A stretch of DNA of 64,000 bases from Botryllus schlosseri. Its lineage: Eukaryota. A program made the translations under genes and the position numbers. Location: assembly GCA_051294905.1 (NCBI GenBank), contig CM119373.1, forward strand, positions 2,358,001 to 2,422,000, in the 5' to 3' direction. Each line of letters begins with the position of its first letter. Positions within the stretch are counted from its first letter, which is position 1. Below are positions 24,620 through 36,400 of this stretch, piece after piece. The notes under the pieces are model-generated. The model did not search any database, was not told where the DNA came from, and saw only the letters and a program-made list of their open reading frames with translations.

Positions 24620-24886
24620 TTTTATATATATATATTCATGGTGTTTCGACTACATTGGTCGTTTTACACCAGGCCGACATACTTTATTTTTGATTCCGTA
24701 TTTATCGACTTGTGCACGGCCCACTTCTGGGCTTTTCATAACACACCGCTGATGCGGATCACGTGACGAGGAGGAGCTTATATAAACGTCCAGCACTACG
24801 ATAGGAATTCTGGAATCGACCTCGGTGGGACTCGAACCCATTGGTGTTGCAGCTGTGGATTATACCAGTACGCTATCTCGCCACGC
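24620..24886 (-). mobile_element. tRNA-derived SINE (family copy)
   Basis: Head GTGGCGAGATAGCG (A-box-like) and GGTTCGAGTCCC (B box, 24827-24838); AT-rich tail. Homologous copies at ~18860-19089 (-), ~50374-50552 (-) and a 3' half at ~10110-10230 (+). Confidence 0.75.
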
Positions 24887-25209
24887 AAACAGTACCTTTA
24901 TGAGATACTTTTTATTTATTTTTAATAAATTATTGTAGTCATGGAACATGCTGAGTTGCCTGTTTAATGAAGATGTTTCAACAAATGATCCTATCCGCTA
25001 CCTTCTAGCTAGATTATTATCACAAAGGCCGTTGGACGTCTTCCGTAACCTCGTAGCGTCTTTACACGCGAGGATGTGTGGCAATTTATCTGGTGCAATT
25101 TCGTACAGGATCGCGGTTTTGTTAAGTTAAGTTCAAACTTGGCTTCTGTGAACTTAAATTGCGACGCACCCTCACTTGTAAAAAGGACCATTATTAAATC
25201 AAAAGTGTG

Positions 25210-25648
25210 AATTTTAGGCCTCGCCCACTTGCTAGTAGTGCAGGCTATGATCAAGAGCTACTTCTCGGGTACTGATTAATGCGACGCGCTACCAGTTACT
25301 CCCGCCGTTTATATAGGTGCTCCCTTGGATTTCTTCAGTTAGACATTCAGAATGCTGTGCAGGGTTTCCGTCTCTTACCAAAATAGAAAACCCTCACTCA
25401 CCGGGACTGGCACCAGGCTCAGTTGCATTACCGCACTGTGCGCCGAAGCGCCAATCTTCACACCTCGGGACTCGGGAATATTAACTAGATTCCTGTTAAG
25501 CCTCCACGTGGGCGAAAACGAGCAACGCCCCAATCGAAAACTGCGCTCGTATGCTCCTTAGGGTTGACTGACCCATGTTCAACTGCTGCTCATATGAAAC
25601 CCGTCTCCGCTTCGAATTTCAAATCATCAGTCAAATTTGCTACTGCGA
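25210..25648 (-). pseudogene. Degenerate, internally deleted 28S rRNA-derived sequence
   Basis: The minus strand contains CGAAGCGGAGACGGGTTTCATATGAGCAGCAGTTGAACATGGGTCAGTC, GCGCTTCGGCGCACAGTGCGGTAATGCAACTGA, CTGAATGTCTAACTGAAGAAATCCAA and TAAACGGCGGGAGTAACT. All are recognisable conserved LSU rRNA segments in the correct order. Confidence 0.8.
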
Positions 25649-25959
25649 CCGCGGGCGAGTCATTTGTTTCTCGCCGGCACCGTTAAGGTGACCCCGCACT
25701 ACGCTATACTCGCTACTTAGGGTACTCAATGTGATATGGGGTGCCGCGAATTATTTTTCACTTTGAGAGGGTGCCGCGAGGTCGTAAAGGCTGAGAACCA
25801 CAGCCCTAAAGCCTAAACGCGGAGAAGTACAGTGCGACTTTATTTATTTATTTGCGGATATTATTTATTTGCAAAAGGGATATTAACAAGAACGAGCTAA
25901 TACTAATCAATTAGCGATATTTCTGACCTTGAACAAATGCTTAAATATCACTGAAAAAA

Positions 25960-27312
25960 ATGAAACAGTGCAACCAAGTCGCAGAGACTCGCCCGCTAAT
26001 CGATGAAGATCGTGCATCGGCGGAAGAGAACCGTCGCGACCAAAGCTCGTGGCGCACACTGTGGAAGGACACCAGCATTCGTCAGAGGCTGTTGCTCGGG
26101 TATTTTCTAGTGGGTGATCTGATTGTCTTCAACTGCGTCTCCTTCCCCATTCCGTTCATGCCCAAGGCAGTACTGGCGAAAGGCGGGACGGAGTTACAGT
26201 CCGCCATTTTGCTGCAAATCACTCCTCTCTTGATGGCTATTAGTAGCATGGCATTTGGAAAATACCAAATTTATATGAACAGCAAGAGCTTGCTCCTTTC
26301 GAGTTTGTCCTGTTACGTTATCGGAGAAATGTGTTTTGGGTTATTGGATTACTCGAAAAGCGTGAATGTACTGGTTGCGGGAGGCATAACAATACGATGT
26401 CTACAAGGAATCGCTCAAGGGGCTTATTTCGTTGCCGAACTTACCATCATTTGTCTTGAGTATCCCGATCATAGAACTCAAGTGTATGGGATGGCCCAAT
26501 CCATGCTAGCTATCGGTTATATCACGGGTCCATTGATAGGGAGTATACTGTACCGTAGTTTCGAAGGACTGTTGCAACCATTTCTGATTTCTGGCGGTAT
26601 TATGGCTCCTCTCATCCCGTTTGGATACTTTCTGCTCGGTTCTTACTGCGCGAAAAATGACGGAATCAGGAGTTCGCAAATATTGAGGGTCATTTGCAAA
26701 CCAGTGGCGATTTTAATTCTGGGAAGCACTTGTCTTGCGGAAGGCACTGGCGGGATGTCAATTGTTTTGGTTAGCGTGTATGCGTTATCACGTGGACTGA
26801 CCGTCGTGGACATTGGGTTGGGGGTGCTAGCGGCGGCGGTAGCGTACGCGGTTACTTCGTCATTAACTGGAATCATCGCCAGTACTGGCCGAGCACCAAG
26901 GCGCGCACTTTTAACCATAGGTGTGATTGGTCTAATGGCGCACCCAGCGATATATACTCCTAACCAGACACGAGCAGGTATATTCGTGGGACTGAGTCTT
27001 TTTGGGGTTACATCTGCCATCACTTTGGTTGGAGGGTTCGGCGAGCTGATATACCAAATCGTTGGCAACGGTACGGACTCGCAGAGTGACTTTGCGTTGC
27101 ACAGCGCGCTGTCTGGTGTTTGGAGTTTGGCTATTGGTACTGGAGCATTCGTTTTTCCATTGATCGGATCGTTAATGCACAACTTTATGTCGCTACGACT
27201 GGTTTTCTTGTGCACCTCTGGATTCGTGATGGGCTTGGTTATATTGTTTATGTTATGTATGATTGCTGTGCAGCATTTTAAATCCAATAACTCTCACGCC
27301 GATTCAAATTAG
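25960..27312 (+). CDS. MFS transporter, SLC18B1-like (copy MFS-B), 450 aa, single coding exon
   Basis: Intact ORF, full-length paralog of 5284-6636, sharing its 3' flank (TAGGCCxCTAAGATAGAGTACA). Confidence 0.9.
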   Translation: MKQCNQVAETRPLIDEDRASAEENRRDQSSWRTLWKDTSIRQRLLLGYFLVGDLIVFNCVSFPIPFMPKAVLAKGGTELQSAILLQITPLLMAISSMAFGKYQIYMNSKSLLLSSLSCYVIGEMCFGLLDYSKSVNVLVAGGITIRCLQGIAQGAYFVAELTIICLEYPDHRTQVYGMAQSMLAIGYITGPLIGSILYRSFEGLLQPFLISGGIMAPLIPFGYFLLGSYCAKNDGIRSSQILRVICKPVAILILGSTCLAEGTGGMSIVLVSVYALSRGLTVVDIGLGVLAAAVAYAVTSSLTGIIASTGRAPRRALLTIGVIGLMAHPAIYTPNQTRAGIFVGLSLFGVTSAITLVGGFGELIYQIVGNGTDSQSDFALHSALSGVWSLAIGTGAFVFPLIGSLMHNFMSLRLVFLCTSGFVMGLVILFMLCMIAVQHFKSNNSHADSN

Positions 27313-27496
27313 GCCCCTAAGATAGAGTACATAGTATCCACTACCCAGTGATCCACAATATCTGGGTGGTGGGTGGTAGGCTACCATCGGTAGGCCTACA
27401 CGGTTTTGCAATCCATGGTAAGCTCATAATTTACCCGTCTATCCAATGGGGATGCAGGTCCATTGTACGTCGGCAATAGCTTTTAATAGTATATAA

Positions 27497-28793
27497 AAGG
27501 GCCCTTCAACCGGGTGTATCGTACACCTCAGGGTGTACAGAATTTTTAGAAGGGTGTACCACTCAGATGGGATGAACAGGAGTGTACCAATCCGAATTGA
27601 AATGGACCGATAACTAGCTATCACAATAATCAGGCAAGTTTATGCTTTATACCATGTTGACCGGATGTTCTATATCGTACATTATGTTCATATCACCTGT
27701 ACACTGTACAGCTTGTAAGTTTCAGTACTTTTGTGGTATCATCAGGAAACATATGTTTCTCCGCATCATTTAGACGTTGGTATTGGACTTATTGGTTCCT
27801 TGTCAAGTAGGACAGGATGGAGTTGACATGTGTTGCGCTTGTGATATCTGTCTATAACGATTCTTGAGGAAACAACCGCGAGAGCTCAGAAATATTGAAT
27901 TGGTACTGTCTGCAGACGAAATCTTCGAGGGATTTTAAACTTTAAAATAATATTCATGCTTGTCGCGATTTAGGACGACTTGGATTTTTCATTTTTGATA
28001 TAATAGTGTTGTTATCTGAGTCCCATCGTACAAATGCGAACCACAAATATGTGCTATTGGACGTGAATGTTTGTGGACATTGCCTATACAATATTTCATG
28101 GTTGACGAATAAAAGAATTTTTTCTCTCTCTCTCCCCATAAAGAAATACCGTCGGAACCGTGTGCGTCTCACGAATGAAGGTTATTTTTGTACGTTCGAC
28201 CGTTTCCAATATATATGCCGACTATACCTACAATGGTGATTGGAGGTCAAAAAATAACAACACGCAACAAAGTGAAAGATGCATCATCATTAATTTTGTG
28301 CCCAAACTTTTCGAAGACACCCCCTCCATCAGCTCTATCGTTTAATCTGATCACACGGGATACGAATGGATAAATAGTTGACAGTTATATATGAAACAAC
28401 CAATATTATCGACGAAATAAATTTCCCAGATAGGGAGTCCACATAGATTTTCTTAATATTTATACTCGCGATTTTGGTGCATAGATATTAAGCTTGCAAG
28501 GGTGCTCTACTGGTAAAATTGAAAACTTTTATACGCATGGTATATCTCACGAAATAAGCGATGGCACAGAACACCACACACGCTCTCCGCGATTCGAAGA
28601 CGACTATATTCGCCGGAATGCGACCGTCCGGTATATTAATGGAATCGAAGCAAGGCCGTGAATAACGAGGAGGTTGAACACCCCATGGATTAGGCTTGCT
28701 ATACGGAATCAGTGAGTTATCTGGTCAGGGGTGTACGAGTTTCGAGTAAACGTTATAAGGGTGTACCACGACGAAAAAGGTTGAACAGCACTG
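27497..28793. mobile_element. Probable hAT (MER5-like) element
   Basis: GGGTGTAC subterminal repeats at both ends; right end AAAAAGGTTGAACAGCACTG; left TIR degenerate. Confidence 0.5.
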
Positions 28794-30120
28794 GTGTATA
28801 ACACATTAGAGAAGGGGAGTTAATGAATGTCTTGCATGGTAGTAGATGGAAATAACCATTATCTCCGATGTACACGTGTTATCGATACGCAACGCGACTT
28901 GAGATATTGTATTTTGCAAGATGACACGGAATTGGTCTGTATAATTTACAGTACCCCATGTATAGTAGAGAAATGAATTTGTTTCTGTGCTGTATCCGTT
29001 TGTGGCTTTGTTTCTCCCATATTCACGATGTTTCGACTACTTTGGTCAAGTTTGCTCACAGTCAACTAGAAATCAGCATGATGACGTGAAATAGGTAGTA
29101 CGTTCCCATCGAGCGGGTCATTCGGGAGTCCAGTCAAAAAGTGATGACCTATTTTGTTAGTCAACACCACAAGATTTCCAGTAAATATTACAAATTCAGC
29201 CGTTTTCAATTTCAGTCAAGTAACTTTTATGGTTTGGTAAAAGTCTCCTCCTTTCTCGATCCCAAAATATGGTAACCCTGTCATATGTATGGTTTATCAA
29301 TGCAACACATGGACTTCTCAGAGATCCTGTAAACTTTATACGTGAGTGTTGCAGGTGCACTGCGTCGGCATGCACTATAGCGGAAATGAACTGTGCCGTA
29401 AGTCAGTGGAAAGGTCTGAGCAACTAGGCGCATCAAAGTGTAATGAATATGCCTATCGCACAAACCGGAAAGTATATGTCAATGCAGGACGCTATCGTGA
29501 GAGATCATTTTTTCGAGTACTGAAATTATACGTTCCTTGCCAATAAGAGATAGTAAACCAACGAAAATGATATAGCTTGGATACTGTTTTTCACCGTGGA
29601 AGCGATTGATCGCATCGCAGCAAACTAGACCAGTAGTAGCAAGAGCTACGCTCATTAGTGGAGATAAAATGTCTGTGAAGTCGTCGTCAACCCACAGCAT
29701 TGTCACAAAGTGCAGTGAAATAGGTCGAAAACATATCGAATCCTTTTTTATTGGGATGTAAAACTGGGTTTGTATTCTTTGAAGTCGTATAAAAGATATA
29801 GGCCTACCTATTTGTACTCTCCACTTGATTCATAACGATGTGATTAATAATGATTAATACTCGCATACTCGACTTAACTCGAATCCTAATACTCGATTCA
29901 GAGTCGAATCACTCTGTTATTCGATTTTTCCAAGCCCTATCTACGAACTATATATTATCGCTGATTATGAACCAGGCCGGTACGCATGTATCTCTGGACA
30001 CTAACACAGGCTCGCGAAGATGTAGGCTGTAATTGCGCATGCAAACGGATTCTGTAGTAACTGTCCAGTGGAAATTACCGGCGATGATTTGAATAATAAC
30101 ATTTTGCGCTCGGCGGATGT

Positions 30121-30310
30121 CTATTTCATGGTCAGAGCCCTGCCGCCGTCAACCACCAAATTGCTTCCCGTGGTCCAGGAGGAATCATCAGATGCCAAAA
30201 AGAGAATGGCTTTTGAAATTTCTTCCGTCGTACCTAATCTCCCGATCGGGTGGGCGTCGACCATGCTCTCTTGGAATTTTTCCAAATCCTCCCCCAGGAG
30301 TCCAGTAGAC
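30121..30310 (-). CDS. SDR-1 exon 2 (spliced product 253 aa)
   Basis: Acceptor TTTTATTAAAG|G. Encodes STGLLGEDLEKFQESMVDAHPIGRLGTTEEISKAILFLASDDSSWTTGSNLVVDGGRALTMK*. 190 bp, in frame with exon 1 (762 bp total). Confidence 0.88.
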
Positions 30311-31077
30311 CTTTAATAAAAATACCTAGTTCCATTGCGAATAATCTCATCAGCAATCGATATGCCGAGCTTGGTATACCGGACGTTGTTTTAGCATGTA
30401 ATATTCGCACCGCAAAATCGGTTTCTGTACCGTCGTAAATATATTTAAGTCACCACACGAAAACACATGGTGTGGTGTATACACAGGATTGCCACACTCT
30501 TCTAATTTCTAAGACGTGTCCCTATTTGGAAGCCCGATAACACTACATTGTCCTCGCTTATAACGTCTGTCCTTAATTTATCTTATTCTCGGACCATAAT
30601 ACAAAACACATACGAATACGATACGAACACCATAATCATTATTACGATACGATTAATACGATCATTAATACGACTATTGGATTTTGTTGGGTAAATCTCA
30701 CCTCACCTCATAATTCGCGGATAGTGAATATGAATCTGGCGTTATTTCTGTTTTATCACATCACGTTTTTGAGATAGCCGATATATGAATGTCGAATATT
30801 TCGGGGTACTCAAGTAGATTGAAGTGGTTATGTTTTCAGGCTACCTCGGATTCTACCTGAAGAGTATTTTGGATTAACTAATTACTTTTGCAATTTGGAA
30901 TTTGAAAGTAGAAAGTAGTTTAGAGATAAGATCACTATCATTAGTTACATTGTCATCAGAACCGTATGAAATAGCCCCTGAATCAAGGTAAAATTTCTTT
31001 TTGTTGGACATTTGTAGATCAGTGTAATGTACCCTTTTTATAATCGGCAGTGACTCAGCGTAAGTGGTGACCACGGA

Positions 31078-31630
31078 CATGGTTGTAATGACTTGAATCA
31101 CGATTTTCTGCTGAATCGACTTAACTCGAGTCATTTTCTTAAAATACGAAAAAGACTCGACTCGAATCAATCTGTGCATTGACTTGACTTGGAATAGAAT
31201 AATTGCGCATGACTCGAGACTTAGACGGCCACCAAGACTGTCATTTCATTGTAATTTCGAAGAATAGTAAAGTAACCACACTATTGGGATTTCGTCTATT
31301 GGTACTGGTACTTGACAATGCGACCAGATACTGATAAAAGTGAGGGTAATTAGTATATTATAAATGTAAACCATTCGATATCACCAAGCAGAGTTATAAA
31401 AAGTGGGTTGAACAATACTTTGTCAGGAACGGAGCATGAGCCGTCAACACAATGACTTGGACTCGGACTCAAGTCATAATACTATGACTCGGACTCGACC
31501 CTCTGCTAACAGACTTGGACTCGGACTTGACCCGTTAGTGAATTGTAAATGAGTCGACTTGACTCGAGTCAAAACTATAAACGTGAGATTGACTTGTGAC
31601 CCGGAGCCTTGTGACTTGGCTACAACCTTG
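31078..31630. mobile_element. hAT MITE (GGTTGTA family) in the SDR-1 intron
   Basis: CATGGTTGTAA...TACAACCTTG; TSD ACCACGGA/ACCACAGG. Confidence 0.75.
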
Positions 31631-32349
31631 ACCACAGGTTTTAGTCACGAGCTTTCCGAATTTCACAGTTAGGCTGCTTCGATTCACATTAGTAGCCTAT
31701 ACCATGAATTGTCCTATGCAATTAGTTTTCGATCCTTGTCGATGGAAGCCATGCCTAATGCCTACGTATTCGGGCCGAATGCCGATTATCTGGGTCTTGC
31801 TATGAATTCCTTGTCTCGGGATGTCCCATCATACACAGGTGGTCAAAGTAATTAGTGTTGGTAAAAGTAGAATAGTAAGTAAGGTCGCAATTTCCAAAAC
31901 AAGTGCAAGTAAACCGTGGAAATTTCCAAGACGTTTCAAAACTACCTCAGGCGGAAGTAGAAAATGAAAGTTTGTAAGCACTCAAATCAATGGTTTCAAA
32001 GGGTACATTTGGTTGAGCCGCTGGATATTTTAGGCAGGTGATCGAATATGACTACTTTCGGAATTACAAGATGTATATCTTTGCTAATCACGCCAAATCA
32101 ATATTGACAATAAGTTCAGTTAACGTCAGACGGTGCAATTTTACGCGGATCATGCTTCTAAATACCAAGTAGTTTCGCCTGAACAGCTGTTCAAGTGTAG
32201 TGGTGGAAGTAAACCTAACATATAACCAATTGACCAAGTAGTCCACGTAGGAAAAACCCGCACGAGTACTCCGGAAAAGCACATGTAGTTCGTTACTGAC
32301 CCATCCCATCATATATTTAAGGCGCCTATAGTTACATGCCAATAGATAC

Positions 32350-32921
32350 CTGGTAATATTAGTCCTGGTAAAGGAGGGGTGGACACAATTCACGCGAACT
32401 CCTTTCGGCGCATACTCCCGAGCCACGAGTTTCGTGAATTGGTCGACGGCGGCTTTGGTCATGCTGTACAAGAGAATGCCATCGAGTGGATAAAGCCCGG
32501 CAAGACTAGAGACATTTACTATGTTCCCTTTCGACGCCACCAAATGTGGGATAGCTTTCTGAGTCAAAATGAACATAGCCTTGACGTTGACAGTGAATAG
32601 AAGATCGAAATCCTCGACAGATGAGGTCTGAAGATGACCTAGCCTCCATTCTGCGGCGTTGTTGATGAGTATATCAAGACGATTATACTTTGCCACAACC
32701 TTATCGACCACACTTTCGACCTGCGGTTGGTTTCTGAAATCCGCGCGTATTTGCAGAACATCAATGGCACCTTTATCACGACATTCTGTTTCTGCGAGGT
32801 TCAATTCGTCTTTATCTACAATGGCTAAAGCCGCGCCATGCTTTGCGAAATGTTTTGCAGTCTCGCGACCGATGCCGCTCGCCGCGCCAGTTACTAACAC
32901 AACATTTCCCGAAAAACTCAT
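32350..32921 (-). CDS. Classical SDR oxidoreductase (FabG-like) SDR-1, exon 1
   Basis: MSFSGNVVLVTGAASGIG (TGxxxGxG), NNAA, NVSS and catalytic YSMTK. Donor ACCAG|GTATCT at 32350/32349; 572 bp, phase 2. Confidence 0.9.
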
Positions 32922-33366
32922 GTCAGCGCACCTATTCTGTAGCAGCGAAACTGCTGTTGTGTGTACTGTACAACTGTGCAATGTGCATGTTCGCCGGCCA
33001 ATCTTCAATGCGCACGTATGCACTAGCGTTGTTTACGCAGTTGTGTACCTTTGATGAAGCGATGCAACGGACGCCAGCAGTTTTATGTCTCTGTGACGTT
33101 GCGCCATGCTCGATTGGTCTCACGTTTTATCTGTGATCGCGTTGATGTGTATGTTGACTTGCGGTAGCACCGATGAGTGATTTAGTGACATCATGATAGT
33201 TCATGTATAGTATAGAATAGAAGTGTCAAAATTGAGATGGCGTGGTGTCAAAAACCCATTAGCAGTTATATGCACCATTTCAAATTAAACAGAATCGGCT
33301 TTCATTTAATCGAGGATCTTCAAAGGACAAAGAGAACGGCCACGTGCAACTATAAAAAAATATAAA

Positions 33367-33445
33367 CTGATGCCACTCGCCGCTCCGGTTTCTAAAGCAA
33401 CCGTGCCAGAAAAACTCGTATCGCAGCGAATCTGCTCTTGTGTTT
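33367..33445 (-). pseudogene. 5' stub of an SDR exon 1
   Basis: Reads (T)SFSGTVALETGAASGIS with ATG changed to ACG. The upstream AACACAAGAGCAGAT resembles the SDR-3 5' flank. Confidence 0.7.
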
Positions 33446-33510
33446 TATCTGTCAATGTTACCATGAGCCGCGTATGTGTTTCGCGTTGTTTACGCGTTTG
33501 AGTACATTTA

Positions 33511-34045
33511 CACAATGTATTTTACGAATTTAAGTGTCATTGTGATTGTGGCTACGTGGGAAGAACGTCAAAGCGCTTGCAGGAACGCATAAATCAGCAT
33601 GTCCCTAGATTCATTAGAACACGCTCGGTGAAAAGCTCACCCTTAACTCATCCGCTCAAGATTGATGCGGAACAATCAAAGGCCATAAATTCTGCAATTG
33701 GCAAACACTTGTTGGATAATCCCGCCTGTGCGAAAAATTATCGAGACGACAGATTTCGCATACTCGGAAAGGGTCGCTCACACTTTCATTTGTGTGCCTT
33801 GGAGTCGACTTTTATCAAAATACACCAGCCAAGGCTGTGTCAACAAAAAGGGTTCGTGTATCATCTAAAAATAGTACATTGAACGCTCTCGTATTCGACA
33901 TTTCGTGCTGGTGACGTCATATTTTGTGTTGCGATTGTTGATATACGCTGTTCTTTTGAATTTTTTACTAGTTGCTGACGATTAGCCCTGACGAGTGTCA
34001 GCCGAAAATATTCGGGTTCATTTCAATATGAATATACTATTCAAT
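33511..34045 (+). mobile_element. 5'-truncated Penelope-like retroelement: GIY-YIG endonuclease C-terminus plus 3' (pLTR-like) region
   Basis: In-frame HNVFYEFKCHCDCGYVGRTSKRLQERINQH...SAIGKHL...LESTFIKIHQPRLCQQK* (33511-33882), the typical PLE GIY-YIG pattern. Confidence 0.85.
33974..34020 (+). ncRNA. Candidate minimal type I hammerhead ribozyme
   Basis: CTGACGA (33988-33994), G-tgtcagc-C, GAAA (34004-34007), palindromic AATATT stem III, TC (cleavage after 34013), GGG pairing with stem I. GCTGAC at 33974 is complementary to the loop-II GTCAGC. It lies in a PLE 3' region. Confidence 0.7.
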
Positions 34046-34558
34046 TGTATATTTGCATTAGCGGTACACAAGCCGCTAGCAGTTTGCAATGCACTGCAGT
34101 ATTTCCGACCGCGTTGATCGTGAACAGGTTGTCTTTGGCTATGGACCACAAAATACGAAACTATCTTTATGCGGTGTAGGACTGGAGCACCATTTTCTTT
34201 GTGGTCTCACAAAAAGTACATATTTGAATTTCCCATATCCTCCACATCAATCTTTCGTTATAATGAAAGATACCGGAATACTCCACCCGACGCCTAATTC
34301 TCGATTCGGAATCGAATTACTCCGATACTCGGTTTTGCACAGCCCTCCTTTTAAGTAGGTCTACGTCTACGTCAAAGTATTACTTATGACCAGTGTTCCT
34401 TCAATTACAAATGCCCAGACGTCAAATTACAATCGCCTTGTTCTGTCATAGCCACATTACAATTTAGCATTCACTGGTAATCAGATCTCAAGGAAAACTC
34501 AAGGAATTTCGCTCTCCTAACTAGCCACCAGTATTTGGTGACATCAGTCATCTTATTT

Positions 34559-35007
34559 TAGGGCAAGATTTTGCAACTTTTCTTTACAGCTTCCGGCAGG
34601 TTCCTAAATACACAGAAGTTATGTAGTATGGTGTTTTAAGCTGTTTGGAGCAATCTTATATTGCAACTTTTTGCAATTTTCTCCGTTTTTTCATGCTATT
34701 AACTTTTTACTGGAAATATTTGGCAATATATGCAAATAGATGGCTTGATTAATTAACTGTCGTTTAAACTTGAGGTCCTTTCTGATTTGAGGTACATTCA
34801 GGCCAGACTGCCGTAAATTTTATTTTCACTGGTTCCATTTTTATAAGCTATTGATTTTGTGGAAGTCGCTAACGCTGAGTTTTGCTACAGTGCCTGGATA
34901 CGGATCAATTTCAAGGAACTTGTCCATAAATGCAACTTTTCACTGCTACTTTTGTGAAAAATAAGCGCAACTTTCCTCGGATTTGACTGAAACAAAATCA
35001 TGCCCTT
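34559..35007. mobile_element. MITE, TAGGGCAAG family (older copy)
   Basis: TAGGGCAAGATTTTG...AAAATCATGCCCTT; TGCAACTTTT repeats; homologous to the adjacent 35018-36234. Confidence 0.65.
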
Positions 35008-35017
35008 TACTTATTAC

Positions 35018-36234
35018 TAGGGCAAGTTTTTGCAGCTTTTGCAACTTTTTTATAGCTTCCGACAGCTTCGTAGATACTCAGAATCTATGTACTGTGATGT
35101 TTTAAGCTGTTTGAATGAATTCTATAGTGCAACTTTTTGCAACATTTCTGAATTTTTCATACCCAATTTTTACTGCAATTTTTATCAAATATTTCGTAAA
35201 AATGTAAAGGAATGATTTAAAAACATGCTATAAAGATAAACTATGTATATAGTATGGTTCTATTCTCTTTGATTTGCATAACAAATAGCCATTTGATGGG
35301 TTAGCTGTAGGGTTACCATATGTCTTCTTTCAAGAGGATTCGTCCTCTTTTTTGACTTTTTCGAAAGTGTTCTCAGAGGACCGCCCCTTTGTCCTCTTTT
35401 TTGAGAATTTTGGTAAAATTTATGGCAAAATCAGACTGAGATGCCGTAAATCAGCACCGAAGTGACGCTCCGGCGGGTATTTCGGGAGCTGAGAGGAAAG
35501 ACGACCTTTTTTTAGTCAACCGACCACCAAGTGGGTAATTTACCATTTTTTGAGAGTTCTCCTCCGGCTTTGCAAGTCTGGAAATTCTAAAAAAGTGTCC
35601 TCTTTTTAGATTTCCAAAATATGGTAACCCTAGTTAGCTACATCTCACTATGTATGACACAATGGTTTGCAAGCAAGTTCAACTACGCCTGCCAAGCACG
35701 ACAGTGCCCGAACAACATATTAATAGATCGCGTTATTAATTCTGTCTTTTAAATTTGAGACAGTTTCCCATTTCACGAACGCGCAGGCGAGACCACCGAA
35801 AATAACATTTTCACTGGGTCACCTTTCTAAGACTATTGGTTTTGTTGTTGTCGCCAAGTGTGAGTTTTTTGGAACGCCTTGGGTCAAGTTTGCAGACCTA
35901 GGGGTTTTTGGGTGCGTTACTTGACTTGTTTTAGTAGGAGGAGGTTATCGCTATGCTGTCTGGCTTTTGGGAGGAAATTATTGCCGCATTGTGTCATTTT
36001 CTCGCTGTGTACCGGGAAAAAATGTGATTTTTAGGCGGTCCCGCCAGAATGTCCGTGAAATGGCAAAGTGACAAATTTGACAGCTCTGCAGGAACTAGGT
36101 TATGCAACAGAACCTTTCGGGTGTCCCATATACTACTAATTGAACAAAAATTAAAAATGCAACTTTTTACTGCAACTTTTTTCAAAATTAAATGCAAGTT
36201 TCTCGCATTTTTAGTGCAACAAAAACTTGCCCTA
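35018..36234. mobile_element. hAT MITE, TIR TAGGGCAAGTTTTTG; contains nested Blackjack-type MITE 35308-35632
   Basis: Perfect TSD CTTATTAC. The nested TAGGGTTACCATAT element has TSD GTTAGCTG/GTTAGCTA. Confidence 0.85.
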
Positions 36235-36400
36235 CTTATTACCAATTAGCCCAAATCTCAAGCAAATCATAGAGAATTCCCCTCGGCAATATTCAGCAGG
36301 TTCATTTATGGTTATTAGGTACAGATGGTTCTCCTGGTCAATAACGACGATTATTTGAAAATCAAAACGTCTCCAGAGAGTTTGCGAGTTTGTAATACAT

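Noticed and set aside
24820..24886. Functional tRNA gene
   Set aside because: I could not form a convincing cloverleaf, and it is attached to a repeated SINE body.
25210..25648. Functional rRNA gene
   Set aside because: Short, heavily substituted and internally deleted, with no rDNA unit context.
26643..27287. 214-aa antisense ORF, and similar ORFs at 6207, 32659, 41985, 48828 and 56629
   Set aside because: Shadows of the real MFS/SDR frames; their recurrence simply reflects paralogy.
32088..32349. C-terminal read-through of the 311-aa SDR ORF (likewise 41783-41828 and 48488-48605)
   Set aside because: Intron sequence after a conserved AG|GTAT donor; the true C-terminus is in exon 2.
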